NCBI GenBank assembly: GCA_023247445.1
Contig: JAHFGL010000007.1
Coordinates: 17,910-81,909 of the forward strand
DNA length: 64,000 nt
Source of the DNA: Candidatus Omnitrophota bacterium
GTDB taxonomy: Bacteria > Omnitrophota > Gorgyraeia > Zapsychrales > Zapsychraceae
Reading direction: 5' to 3'
The translations under genes and the position numbers were made by a program. Under the pieces are notes generated by a model. It saw only the letters and a program-made list of their open reading frames with translations, was not told the origin of the DNA and searched no databases. Numbering within the stretch: position 1 is the first letter of the stretch; each line of letters starts with the position of its first letter. Below, one piece after another: positions 49,015-58,665 of this stretch.

Positions 49015-50277
49015 TTACTTCGTTAATTCAGCGATTTTGCTTACAACTTGTTCTTTAGGGATCAGATGAACTTCCCCCGTACGACGAATCTTAATTTCAA
49101 CGTTGCCCTGCGCCAAATTTCGTTTACCGATTGTAATGCGAATTGGAATGCCGATTAAATCAGCATCATTAAATTTTCGTCCGGCACTTTCGTCCCGATC
49201 ATCAACCAAGACGTCATATCCAGCCTTCATTAGCTCGCTATCGTATTGATTCGTTAACGAAGCAACATCAGGATCTTTCTCAGAACCTGATATAGGAAGT
49301 ATCTCGATATCAAACGGAGCCACTTCTTTTGGCCAGATGATTCCTTTGTCATCACAATTTTTCTCAATGATCGCGGCAATAACACGGCTGACACCGATCC
49401 CATAACAACCCATAATCATTGTTTTTTGTTTACCGTCTTCATCTAAAAACTGCGCGCCTTGCGCCTGGCTATATTTCGTTCCTAATTGAAAAATATGGCC
49501 TAATTCAATCGCCACCTGCTTTGTTAGTTTTCCATTCTTGCACAACAAACAAGAATCCCCTTCATTTTGTTTTTGATCAACACCCGATGGTTTTTGACAT
49601 GCGGAGCATAAAAGAATCGAATCCTCGCCAATGGCTGCTGGCACTAAATATTCATGCGAAACACTTCCACCCATTGCACCTGAATCCGCGGCTACGATCA
49701 GCACATCTAGTCCGCATCGCTTAAAAATATTTTTATACGCTTCATACATGAGTTGATAATTTTTATTTAGCCCTTCTTGATCACGATCAAAACTATAAGC
49801 ATCCTTCATAATAAATTCACAGGCGCGGACAATTCCAAATCTTGTACGAATTTCGTCGCGAAATTTTGTTTGGATTTGATAAAGCGTAACGGGAAGCTGC
49901 CTATAGGACTGAACAAAACTTTTAACCAAATCCGTGATAACTTCTTCATGCGTTGGACCCAAACACATTTGCCGTCCACGATTATCTTTAAATTTAATCA
50001 TGACCTCAGCCAAAGTTTTGTCACGGCCGGTTTGTTGCCACAATTCGATAGGATGTAAACACGGTAAAAAGAGTTCAACCGCGCCAATATTATTCATCTC
50101 TTCACGAATAATATTTTCAATATTTTTTAAAACACGGTAGCCTAACGGCAAATACGAATAAACACCTGAGGTCAGCATATGTACGAGACCCGCTCGTAAC
50201 GAAAGCTGATGGCTGATAGCTTCTGTCCCTAAGGGAACTTCTTTAAATGTTGGAATAAAATATTTCGACCAATTCAT
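49015..50277 (-). CDS. proS: Proline--tRNA ligase, short form without the INS editing domain
   Basis: LGPTHEE, YQIQTKFRDE, EFIMKDAYSF, ELGHIFQLGTKYS, MGCYGIGVSR; 420 aa. Confidence 0.96.
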   Translation of the reverse strand: MNWSKYFIPTFKEVPLGTEAISHQLSLRAGLVHMLTSGVYSYLPLGYRVLKNIENIIREEMNNIGAVELFLPCLHPIELWQQTGRDKTLAEVMIKFKDNRGRQMCLGPTHEEVITDLVKSFVQSYRQLPVTLYQIQTKFRDEIRTRFGIVRACEFIMKDAYSFDRDQEGLNKNYQLMYEAYKNIFKRCGLDVLIVAADSGAMGGSVSHEYLVPAAIGEDSILLCSACQKPSGVDQKQNEGDSCLLCKNGKLTKQVAIELGHIFQLGTKYSQAQGAQFLDEDGKQKTMIMGCYGIGVSRVIAAIIEKNCDDKGIIWPKEVAPFDIEILPISGSEKDPDVASLTNQYDSELMKAGYDVLVDDRDESAGRKFNDADLIGIPIRITIGKRNLAQGNVEIKIRRTGEVHLIPKEQVVSKIAELTK

Positions 50278-50285
50278 ATTTATTT

Positions 50286-51548
50286 TTACTCAAAAAACCC
50301 GTCGGGTAACAAAACCATACGTTTACTAAACTTACTATAAAAAGATGGTTTCTTCTTATCTTGAACCCACTCACCAACTAATGCCCCTTCGGGAGTAACC
50401 CCTTGCTGTTCATATCTAAAAATATCATTTAGAATTAATTTGCCATTTTTTTCATCAAAATCAACGTCTGTAACAGCCGTGACGCGACGTTTACCATCGA
50501 TAAATAAAGCCACGTGAACAATAATATCAATAGCCCGGGCCACCTGTTTTTGAATTTCCTGCGTACTTAAACGGATTCCCGTCATGAGCATCATTGTAAC
50601 CATTCGGTTAAAACAGTCTTCGGGAGTTTCGGCGTGAACAATGGCTAAAGAACCACTGTGCCCGCTACTAATCGATTGAATCAAATCCAAAATTTCTGGC
50701 CCACGGACTTCACCAACAATAATACGATCTGGTCGCATACGTAATGAATTGATAAAAAGCTCACGAATCGTAATTTCTCCCTTGCCTTCAATATTCGCTG
50801 GCTTAGTGGCCAACGTGACAACGTGCTCCTGTAATAAATGTAACTCCGGCGTATCTTCGATTGTGACAATGCGTTCTTCGTTGGGAAGATGCCGTGAGAA
50901 AACATTAAGTAGTGTTGTCTTACCAGCTCCCGTTGACCCGCAAAAAATAACATTAAGTTTCGTTTTCATCGCGGCAATTAGAAGTGTGGCAATACGCTTA
51001 TCCATCATTCCCAATTCAATGACATCATCAACTGTATTAATATCTTCATTAAACTTTCGAATCGTCATAACCGGACCGATCATCGAGCATGGTGGCAAGA
51101 TAACATTGACACGCGAACCATCCGGCAAAGAAAAATCAACATAGGGCGATGATTCATCAACACGTTTATTGGTCCCCGAGGCTGACAAAATCTTTTGAAT
51201 CGTATGTAATAATTGACGATTATCATCAAACTTAACATCTGTTAAAGTAATGCGGCCTTTGCGTTGAATATAAATCTTATTGGCGCCATTAATCATAATC
51301 TCCGATATTGAGTTATCTTCCATCAGTGGTCGCAGCGGTCCCATGCTCACAACCGCACTAACAAGCGATCGCACCAGCGTTGCGCGCAATTCCGCTGTCA
51401 TTGGCATATTTTGTTCACGACACAAGGTTGAAATGGCATTATCAACAAAAAGACGCAACTGATCTTCATTCATCGTATCTTTGACTTTTAAAAACTCTGT
51501 TTCATTAATCAGGTACCGATTAACTTTTTCTCGAAAATTATCATCCAT
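50286..51548 (-). CDS. CpaF/TadA family secretion/pilus ATPase
   Basis: ISEIMING, LPDGSRVN, GSTGAGKTT, TIEDTPEL, LRMRPDRIIVGEVRG, GHSGS. Confidence 0.92.
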   Translation of the reverse strand: MDDNFREKVNRYLINETEFLKVKDTMNEDQLRLFVDNAISTLCREQNMPMTAELRATLVRSLVSAVVSMGPLRPLMEDNSISEIMINGANKIYIQRKGRITLTDVKFDDNRQLLHTIQKILSASGTNKRVDESSPYVDFSLPDGSRVNVILPPCSMIGPVMTIRKFNEDINTVDDVIELGMMDKRIATLLIAAMKTKLNVIFCGSTGAGKTTLLNVFSRHLPNEERIVTIEDTPELHLLQEHVVTLATKPANIEGKGEITIRELFINSLRMRPDRIIVGEVRGPEILDLIQSISSGHSGSLAIVHAETPEDCFNRMVTMMLMTGIRLSTQEIQKQVARAIDIIVHVALFIDGKRRVTAVTDVDFDEKNGKLILNDIFRYEQQGVTPEGALVGEWVQDKKKPSFYSKFSKRMVLLPDGFFE

Positions 51549-51570
51549 GTTCGTCTCTCCCTTTAAGACT

Positions 51571-52680
51571 CTATTTAAAAGGAATTAAATGTTTAAGTTT
51601 GTCGATCCAGCCAAATCGTGAAAAATCACTATAAAAAACAAATATAGCCAAACAGATGATCAGGCTAAAACCAATACGAGCGATATATTCATCAATCTTC
51701 GCCGGCAATGCTTTCCCCCGAATTTTTTCAATGGCCAATAGTAACAGGTGTCCTCCATCAAGAGGAATGACCGGCAATAAATTAAAAATCGCTAAACTCG
51801 CGCTAATTACGCCAAGAATAAACAAAAGATGCGAAAAACCCATCTCGGCGGCCGATTTAACGATATAAAATATCCCAATGGGCCCCGTCATAGAATCTTT
51901 GGCCGACATCGACCCGGTTAACATAAAATAAAAAGACTTATAGGTTAGTGTAGTAATTTCGGCTAACTTCTCGTACGCCTTGACAAAGGCCATGCCTGGC
52001 GAATATTTAAAGGTTACAATTTCTTCCGATGGCCGAATCCCCATGATATGGGTTTCTTTCATTTGGCCAAAAATATTCTTTGTTTTCTCAATTCGAGGGA
52101 CAACGGTCTTTTGCATCGGCTGCCCGTCACGCAAAAGTTCAATCACCAAATTAGGTTCTTCTGACGTGGATATTTTATTTTGTAGCGCCGTCCAACCATC
52201 GATGGCCTGTCCATTAATTCGGATAATTTTATCACCAACTTGTAATCCCGCTTCTTTCGCTGGATAACCATCTGACAAAACTCCGATTTTAGTTGAAAGA
52301 TCAGGATAGCCTAAAATAAAAACGAAAAATAAACATACATACGCAAGGATAAAATTAACAACTGGTCCATTTAAAACAACCAGGGCCCGATGACCGGGAG
52401 GTTGAGAGTAAAATTCTTCAGGAACTCCGCGGCATTGACTACGATCATCACCAAACATCTTCACATACCCGCCTAAGGGAATCAATTTGATCATATATTC
52501 GGTGCCGTTATGCATGCATGAAAATAGTTTAGGGCCAAATCCCAACGAAAATTCTTCAACCTTAAAACCTAAACGTTTGGCGGTTATAAAATGCCCCCAC
52601 TCATGAACAATGATCAATATACTTAGAACAATAATAAAAATTGCCGTGCTACTAATATTCGAAAGTAGACTATGTAACAT
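51571..52680 (-). CDS. rseP: RIP metalloprotease RseP
   Basis: HEWGH, FSLGFGP, PLGGYVKM, PDZ domain, NLLPVIPLDGG. Confidence 0.96.
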   Translation of the reverse strand: MLHSLLSNISSTAIFIIVLSILIIVHEWGHFITAKRLGFKVEEFSLGFGPKLFSCMHNGTEYMIKLIPLGGYVKMFGDDRSQCRGVPEEFYSQPPGHRALVVLNGPVVNFILAYVCLFFVFILGYPDLSTKIGVLSDGYPAKEAGLQVGDKIIRINGQAIDGWTALQNKISTSEEPNLVIELLRDGQPMQKTVVPRIEKTKNIFGQMKETHIMGIRPSEEIVTFKYSPGMAFVKAYEKLAEITTLTYKSFYFMLTGSMSAKDSMTGPIGIFYIVKSAAEMGFSHLLFILGVISASLAIFNLLPVIPLDGGHLLLLAIEKIRGKALPAKIDEYIARIGFSLIICLAIFVFYSDFSRFGWIDKLKHLIPFK

Positions 52681-53833
52681 TTTTTGAAATCACCTTTCTT
52701 GCTTCTTGGCGGGCCCAACAATCAGCCTCAAGAATATCATTAATTCTTGGATTGTTGATACTGTGATGTTTGGCCACAACTTTTTCAACAATTGGATATA
52801 TTTTTGAAAACTTTATTCTTTCACTTAAAAATGCATCAACGGCTTCTTCATCAGCGGCATTTAACACACTCGGCAACGTACCACTTTTTCGCGCCACATC
52901 AATCGCCAAAGCCAGCGATGGAAATTTCTTAAAATCTGGTTTCTGAAAATTTAATTGTTTAAGTTTAAAAAAATCAATTTGTTCTAATTTTGATTCCAAC
53001 CGCTCTGGATATGTTAACGCATATTGAATGGGTAAACGCATATCCGTTATTCCCAGTTGAGCTAAAATTGAACCATCAATAAACTCAACCATCGAATGAA
53101 TAATTGCTTCAGGATGGATAACTACCTGAACTTGATCTACCGATAAATCAAATAACCAACAGGCCTCAATGACCTCAAATCCCTTATTCATTAGCGTTGC
53201 CGAATCAACCGTAATCTTTTTTCCCATTTTCCACCTAGGATGATTCAAAATTTGCTTAACAGAAAGTTGAGAAAATTTTGATTTGGGGACATTTAAAAGC
53301 GCCCCTCCGGATGCCGTTAAATAAATTCCTTTTAACTTATGATCTACTCTTCCATTTAGACACTGAAAGATTGCGCTTTGTTCACTATCAATCGGAATAA
53401 TGGGAGCTTTATGCTTTTTCGATTCCGCCATCAAGATATGTCCCGCCACAACTAGGGCTTCCTTATTGGCTGGGGCAACCGTTTTGCCACTACGCAGCGC
53501 ACTTAAAAACGGATAAAGCGCAGCGCTTCCTCTTATTCCAACGACAACAATATCAACATCTTTTAATGTCACAATCTCTTTAATATCATCCTGAGATTGA
53601 ACATTAAAAATATTTACTTTCTTTTTATCAAAGAGCTTTTTTAAATACTCAATGCCTTCTAATCCAATGGCAACGTGCGTCGGAGAATATTTTCGAATCT
53701 GTTTTTCTAACAGCTGAGCATTATTATAAGCTGTTAATCCAACAACTCGAAATCGATCAGGAAAAAGATCAATAACCTTTAAGGTATTTATCCCAATGGT
53801 TCCCGTTGACCCTAGGATAACAACATTCTTCAT
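52670..53833 (-). CDS. dxr: 1-deoxy-D-xylulose 5-phosphate reductoisomerase
   Basis: LGSTGTIG, ANKE, PIDSE, HPRWKMGKKITVDSATLMNKGFE. Confidence 0.98.
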   Translation of the reverse strand: MKNVVILGSTGTIGINTLKVIDLFPDRFRVVGLTAYNNAQLLEKQIRKYSPTHVAIGLEGIEYLKKLFDKKKVNIFNVQSQDDIKEIVTLKDVDIVVVGIRGSAALYPFLSALRSGKTVAPANKEALVVAGHILMAESKKHKAPIIPIDSEQSAIFQCLNGRVDHKLKGIYLTASGGALLNVPKSKFSQLSVKQILNHPRWKMGKKITVDSATLMNKGFEVIEACWLFDLSVDQVQVVIHPEAIIHSMVEFIDGSILAQLGITDMRLPIQYALTYPERLESKLEQIDFFKLKQLNFQKPDFKKFPSLALAIDVARKSGTLPSVLNAADEEAVDAFLSERIKFSKIYPIVEKVVAKHHSINNPRINDILEADCWARQEARKVISKNVT

Positions 53834-53845
53834 GCGCTTACGACC

Positions 53846-54661
53846 TTATTTCAAAATGGTGCTCATGTAAAAATAAAATACAGGGGCGGCAAACAAAACA
53901 CTATCAATAGCATCTAAAACTCCCCCGATTGCCGGAAGCATCTTTCCTGAATCTTTAACATTACAATCCCGTTTAATAAGGGATTCAGATAAATCACCTA
54001 GCTGGCCGAGAGCCCCAAAAACAATACCAACTAAAGCAATCTGCCAAAACGATGAATATAAACCCGGAGGCAGTAACGACTGTCCTAAAACCGCGGCCAT
54101 CGCACTAAACAAATAACTTCCAACACTTCCCTCGACTGTTTTCTTGGGACTAATCCGAGGAAATAAAGGATGTTTGCCGAAATAACTTCCAATTAATAAA
54201 GCTCCAATATCTCCCGATTTGGTCACCAAAAGAATAAAACCTAATAATTTTGCTCCCTCAACTCCTGGCAATAAAAAGCGAATTTTAATAAGAAAGCTAA
54301 AAAACCAGGAAACATAAAGAATACCAAAAAGAGTTGTTGAAATTCCAACAATGGCATTGTTATTATCTCGTCGGCTAAACTGCATGAGAAAAATCATCAG
54401 GAGTACCAAAACAATAAATAAAAGTTCCCAGCCCTTGGTGGGTTCAAACCGTGTAAAAATCGACAACGGAATTAAGACCCCAATAGCGATTCCCGTGTAG
54501 CTGTAAATCGGGATGCCCTTTTTCTTAATTAAATAAAAGAACTCGTATAAACCACCAATCGTAAGCGCTAAAAGAACAATAATAAACATCCATTCATTTA
54601 AGATAGCCGCAACGGCTAAAAGGATCATCAGGGTAGAGCTAATAAAGCGGTCTTTATTCAT
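53846..54661 (-). CDS. cdsA: Phosphatidate cytidylyltransferase
   Basis: SPKKTVEG, GDLSESLIKR..VKDSG..LP..GGVLD..DS; start reset to MNKDRF. Confidence 0.95.
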   Translation of the reverse strand: MNKDRFISSTLMILLAVAAILNEWMFIIVLLALTIGGLYEFFYLIKKKGIPIYSYTGIAIGVLIPLSIFTRFEPTKGWELLFIVLVLLMIFLMQFSRRDNNNAIVGISTTLFGILYVSWFFSFLIKIRFLLPGVEGAKLLGFILLVTKSGDIGALLIGSYFGKHPLFPRISPKKTVEGSVGSYLFSAMAAVLGQSLLPPGLYSSFWQIALVGIVFGALGQLGDLSESLIKRDCNVKDSGKMLPAIGGVLDAIDSVLFAAPVFYFYMSTILK

Positions 54662-54662
54662 T

Positions 54663-55391
54663 TTATTTTGTTTCCACCAAATTGCCAAATCGTCGTTTTC
54701 GACCTTGATAGTCAACAATGGCTTTATCAAATTCATCAACAGTAAAATCAGGCCAAAATGTTTCTGTAAAATAAAATTCTGCATATGACAATTGCCACAA
54801 TAAAAAATTGCTAATTCTTTTCTCACCCGAAGTCCTAATGAGCAAATCTGGATCAGGCAAACCACGTGTATAAAGAGCATCCCCTATTGTTTGTTCATCA
54901 ATATCCTCAACACGAATTTTCTGATCTAAAACAGCTTGGCCAATATTTTTAACCGCATCTAAAATTTCTAACCGTGACCCATAATTAAACGCTAAATTTA
55001 AAGTTAATCCTGTGTTCGCCTTAGTCTCAGAGACGACACGATTTAAAACACTACAGACAGACTCAGGAATTTTGTCTTTACGCCCAATCATTTGAAATCG
55101 TATATTCTCCTTATTTAACTTATCAATTTTTTTATGAAGAATAGTTGTCAATAAATTCATCAGCATCGAAATTTCCGATTCCGGTCGACTCCAATTTTCC
55201 GTTGAAAACGTAAATAACGTTAAAACTTTAATACCCATTGCATTGGCAGCATCAACGATGGCCTCGGCCCGCCTGGCTCCTTCAATATGACCTTGGGTTC
55301 GATCTAAATTTCGCCCCTTAGCCCAACGGCCGTTGCCATCCATAATAATGGCAACATGAGCAGGTAATTTTTGATTATCACTCTTTTTCAT
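54663..55391 (-). CDS. uppS: Undecaprenyl diphosphate synthase (cis-isoprenyl transferase)
   Basis: HVAIIMDGNGRWA, FSTENWSRP, DLLIRTSGE.RISNFLLWQ, WPDF. Confidence 0.98.
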   Translation of the reverse strand: MKKSDNQKLPAHVAIIMDGNGRWAKGRNLDRTQGHIEGARRAEAIVDAANAMGIKVLTLFTFSTENWSRPESEISMLMNLLTTILHKKIDKLNKENIRFQMIGRKDKIPESVCSVLNRVVSETKANTGLTLNLAFNYGSRLEILDAVKNIGQAVLDQKIRVEDIDEQTIGDALYTRGLPDPDLLIRTSGEKRISNFLLWQLSYAEFYFTETFWPDFTVDEFDKAIVDYQGRKRRFGNLVETK

Positions 55392-55412
55392 AAATTAATC
55401 TTTTGATTTAAA

Positions 55413-55442
55413 TAAAATGGGGGATTAAAATCCCCCATTTTA
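55413..55442. terminator. Putative intrinsic terminator (A/T-flanked hairpin)
   Basis: TAAAATGGGGGATT-AA-AATCCCCCATTTTA perfect inverted repeat. Confidence 0.7.
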
Positions 55443-55488
55443 AAAATACCACGCAAAAAAAACCTTAGCCTATACGCTTACATACATT

Positions 55489-55854
55489 TCATGAACCCGA
55501 TGGACTTTTAGAAACGTTGCTTGATACCTGCTCCAACTCTTTAATTTTATCTTCTAAGGTTGCTTTGATCTGTGAAACCTTATCTAACCTAGATTTCAAA
55601 TCATCATTAACAGCTTTAGTTTGTTCTAATAATTTCTCAGAGCCTTTAACCCTATTCTGCGCTCGCACCAGCTCGCCTTCTAACGAATTAATTTTGGTGG
55701 TAAACTTTTCAACGTTTTCCTCAGCAAGCATTCGTTTATAACGTTCTTGCACCAATTCCTGTTGGGCTTTAAAAGCATTTTTATTATAGTGAATCGCAAG
55801 GGCCCCTATTCCAACAACCATAACGACAACTAATATAATTGATAAAATACGCAC
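55489..55854 (-). CDS. Membrane-anchored coiled-coil protein
   Basis: N-terminal TM or signal anchor followed by a heptad-rich helix; AGGAG RBS, GTG start. Confidence 0.75.
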   Translation of the reverse strand: MRILSIILVVVMVVGIGALAIHYNKNAFKAQQELVQERYKRMLAEENVEKFTTKINSLEGELVRAQNRVKGSEKLLEQTKAVNDDLKSRLDKVSQIKATLEDKIKELEQVSSNVSKSPSGS

Positions 55855-55869
55855 AAACGCTCCTTAATA

Positions 55870-56484
55870 CTATTCCGAAATTTTCTTTTCAATCTTAGGT
55901 AAAATAACGATCTCAACACGACGGTTCTTTTGTCGTCCTTCTTTTGTGTCATTAGGGGTTACAGGACGATATTCACCGTAAGCGATTGCGGATAATCTTT
56001 CTGCAGCAACGGCTTGCTTATCAATTAAATAATGAAGGACACTTAATGCCCGGCCTGATGATAATTCCCAGTTTGATTTCCAACCAGAACGTTTAATCGG
56101 ATCATTATCTGTATGTCCTTCAATACCAACATTTAAATCTTTAACCGTTGTATTAAGGACGTTGGCTACTTTTTCTAATTTTGCTAATGAATCCTCTTTT
56201 AAGTCAGCTTTTCCGGAGTCAAATAAAACCTCAGCGACAAATGTAATAACTAAACCCTTTTCCAACATCTCTACCTTAACTTCTTTATCTTTAATCTCAT
56301 CTTTAAATCGACCTTCCAACTCCTGTTTAGCTCGTTCTAACTCGCTTAATTCATTCTTTAGCTTTGAAATCTTTTCAATATCTGTACGTCTTCCTTTTTG
56401 GAATATAACAGTACATCCGCTTAAGCTCATACTAAGCAGAGCGATTAAAATCCATGAAAAATGCCGATTTGAAACGTAACCCAT
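55870..56484 (-). CDS. OmpA/MotB-C-like peptidoglycan-binding lipoprotein with a coiled-coil stalk
   Basis: Lipobox LSGC; VLFDSGKA, IEGHTDN, SNWELSSGRA, YGEYRP, NRRVEI; GGAGG RBS. Confidence 0.9.
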   Translation of the reverse strand: MGYVSNRHFSWILIALLSMSLSGCTVIFQKGRRTDIEKISKLKNELSELERAKQELEGRFKDEIKDKEVKVEMLEKGLVITFVAEVLFDSGKADLKEDSLAKLEKVANVLNTTVKDLNVGIEGHTDNDPIKRSGWKSNWELSSGRALSVLHYLIDKQAVAAERLSAIAYGEYRPVTPNDTKEGRQKNRRVEIVILPKIEKKISE

Positions 56485-56582
56485 AAAAACCTCCTTTACT
56501 AGCACCACACAGTAACATAGCCCATTTTTAAAGTCAAGTTATTTCATGCAAACAACTTGAATTATTGCAACAAGATACAACA

Positions 56583-57854
56583 TTAACGGACAATTATTTC
56601 ATCCCGTTTTGTCCCTATCGAAATGTACTTTACTCGCACCTTAAGGAGCTCTTCAAATCGTTCAATATATCGCCTTGCATTGGATGGGAGTTTCGCATAT
56701 TGACGAATTCCACGCAAAGAAGTGTTCCAACCCGGGAGCTCTTCGTAGATAGGCTGCGCCTTGCTTAAAACCTCAAAATCCATAGGAAACTGCTTATAAA
56801 TCTTTCCCTTATATCTATACGCTGTACAAATTTTGATTGCGGGTAAATGATCAAGGACGTCTAATTTCATAATGGCAAGTTCCGATACGCCATTAATAAT
56901 GAGCGAATAGCGGACTAAAATACTATCAAACCAACCACAACGGCGAGGTCGTCCAGTTGTCGCGCCATATTCGTTACCGCGGGTACGAATATCTTCCTTA
57001 AGACCAGTTGAAAATTCAGTCGGAAACGGCCCTTCCCCCACACGAGTCGTGTACGCCTTTACACAGGCGATCACTTTATCAATCTTTGTTGGTGGCACAC
57101 CCGTCCCAGAACATGCCCCCCCAACAATAGAATTCGACGAAGTAACAAATGGATACGTCCCAAAATCAATATCAAGAAATGTTCCTTGTGCACCTTCAAA
57201 AAGAATCGATTTCTTTTTGTCGATCGCTGCATTTAAGTAAATAACCGTGTCAGCGACATAGGGACCTAATTTTTTACCGTAATTTAAATATTCGTTATAA
57301 ATATCTCCAAAAGAAAAATTCTTTTTACCATAAACTTTCTCAAAGATTTCATTTTTTTCCGTTAAATTATCTTCCAATTTAGATTTTAGAAGCCGAGGAT
57401 TTAACAAATCGATCATACGAATGCCGCAGCGCGCAACCTTATCAGCATAACAAGGACCAATGCCTCGACCCGTTGTTCCAATTTTATTTTTTCGCTTTGA
57501 TTCACGCAATCCATCTAGAATACGATGATATGGAAGAACGATATGACATAGGCCAGAAATCTTTAGATTATTTGGAGTAATTTTAAGCCCTCGTTTTTGT
57601 AAATCCTCAATCTCACCTAATAGAGCCTTTGGATCAACGACAACTCCATTGCCAATGACACAGACCTTACTTTTGTGCAAAATAGCTGACGGTAAAAGAT
57701 GAAAAACATATTCCTGATCGCCAACGACAACAGTATGTCCGGCATTATTTCCACCCTGATATCGGACAGTCAAATCCGTATCCTTTGAAAGGATATCAAT
57801 TAACTTTCCCTTTCCTTCATCTCCCCACTGAGCTCCTACAACTGCAATGTTCAT
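56583..57854 (-). CDS. purA: Adenylosuccinate synthetase
   Basis: QWGDEGKGK, GGNNAGHT, IGTTGRGIGP, EGAQG, TTGRPRRCGW. Confidence 0.98.
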   Translation of the reverse strand: MNIAVVGAQWGDEGKGKLIDILSKDTDLTVRYQGGNNAGHTVVVGDQEYVFHLLPSAILHKSKVCVIGNGVVVDPKALLGEIEDLQKRGLKITPNNLKISGLCHIVLPYHRILDGLRESKRKNKIGTTGRGIGPCYADKVARCGIRMIDLLNPRLLKSKLEDNLTEKNEIFEKVYGKKNFSFGDIYNEYLNYGKKLGPYVADTVIYLNAAIDKKKSILFEGAQGTFLDIDFGTYPFVTSSNSIVGGACSGTGVPPTKIDKVIACVKAYTTRVGEGPFPTEFSTGLKEDIRTRGNEYGATTGRPRRCGWFDSILVRYSLIINGVSELAIMKLDVLDHLPAIKICTAYRYKGKIYKQFPMDFEVLSKAQPIYEELPGWNTSLRGIRQYAKLPSNARRYIERFEELLKVRVKYISIGTKRDEIIVR

Positions 57855-57887
57855 GTGTTTTCCTTTTCTAGAAATTCTTTAATAAGC

Positions 57888-58655
57888 TTAAGTATAAAAA
57901 ACCAAGATTAATAGACCAATGCCTACTGACAAAAAGACTGCTGAAAATGCCATCTTCAGCATCGACAAATGTTTTCGTATTTGATTTTGAAACTCCAACG
58001 AACGTCTTAAATATAAGATTCCAAGCCAAACACCAATTAAAGGCAGAGTGAAAGCAAAGCTATAAACAAGCACTATAGACACAATTCCCCAAATATTCTT
58101 TCCCCCATCGCTATAAGCACTCACTAAAAACTGATAATTTTGCGGCCAGAAAGAAACAAAAATAGCCGCCAACCCGCCACCAAAAACTGATAAAAAAATG
58201 TGGCCTTTTTTTTGATATGCGGGATTGTCTTCTTTCAACCAAGAAGGAAACTTAACAATATTAACATTCCTCTGTAGATCTTTCTTGTGCTGCCACCAAT
58301 CTTGTATATTTATCATTGCTATCCATACCAGAAGAACAGCAATAAAGAAATAAAAGACACGAATGGTTGTAAGGATCATTTGCTGTGCTAGAACCCTATC
58401 AAGGAATCCCGTCATACAAAAAAAATTGACAAGCCCCATCGACAAAAGAAAAAAGGCTCCGGTAATAGTTAAACGTTTTTGTGTCGTGCCAATAAATCTA
58501 AGATAAATGATAAAGAGCAATGTGATAGTTAATGTATATGGGTTGAAACTATCTCTTAAACCAAAAAATAAAGCCGGCAGAAAAGAATAAAAAAAGGTGG
58601 GCTTCTCTATCAGACTCTCTTTTTGAAAACTTTTGTTTAAAGTGGAATCGATCAA
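57888..58655 (-). CDS. CcdA/DsbD-TM-like membrane protein lacking the canonical cysteines (start uncertain, TTG 58655)
   Basis: About 6 TM helices; GLRDSFNPYTL matches the D-x-x-NPC motif, Y..AFTLPL matches the C-terminal motif. Confidence 0.55.
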   Translation of the reverse strand: MIDSTLNKSFQKESLIEKPTFFYSFLPALFFGLRDSFNPYTLTITLLFIIYLRFIGTTQKRLTITGAFFLLSMGLVNFFCMTGFLDRVLAQQMILTTIRVFYFFIAVLLVWIAMINIQDWWQHKKDLQRNVNIVKFPSWLKEDNPAYQKKGHIFLSVFGGGLAAIFVSFWPQNYQFLVSAYSDGGKNIWGIVSIVLVYSFAFTLPLIGVWLGILYLRRSLEFQNQIRKHLSMLKMAFSAVFLSVGIGLLILVFYT

Positions 58656-58665
58656 AATTACCTTC

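Noticed and set aside
55870-56484. Flagellar stator MotB
   Set aside because: Lipobox instead of the Asp-containing TM helix; no motA or flagellar genes nearby
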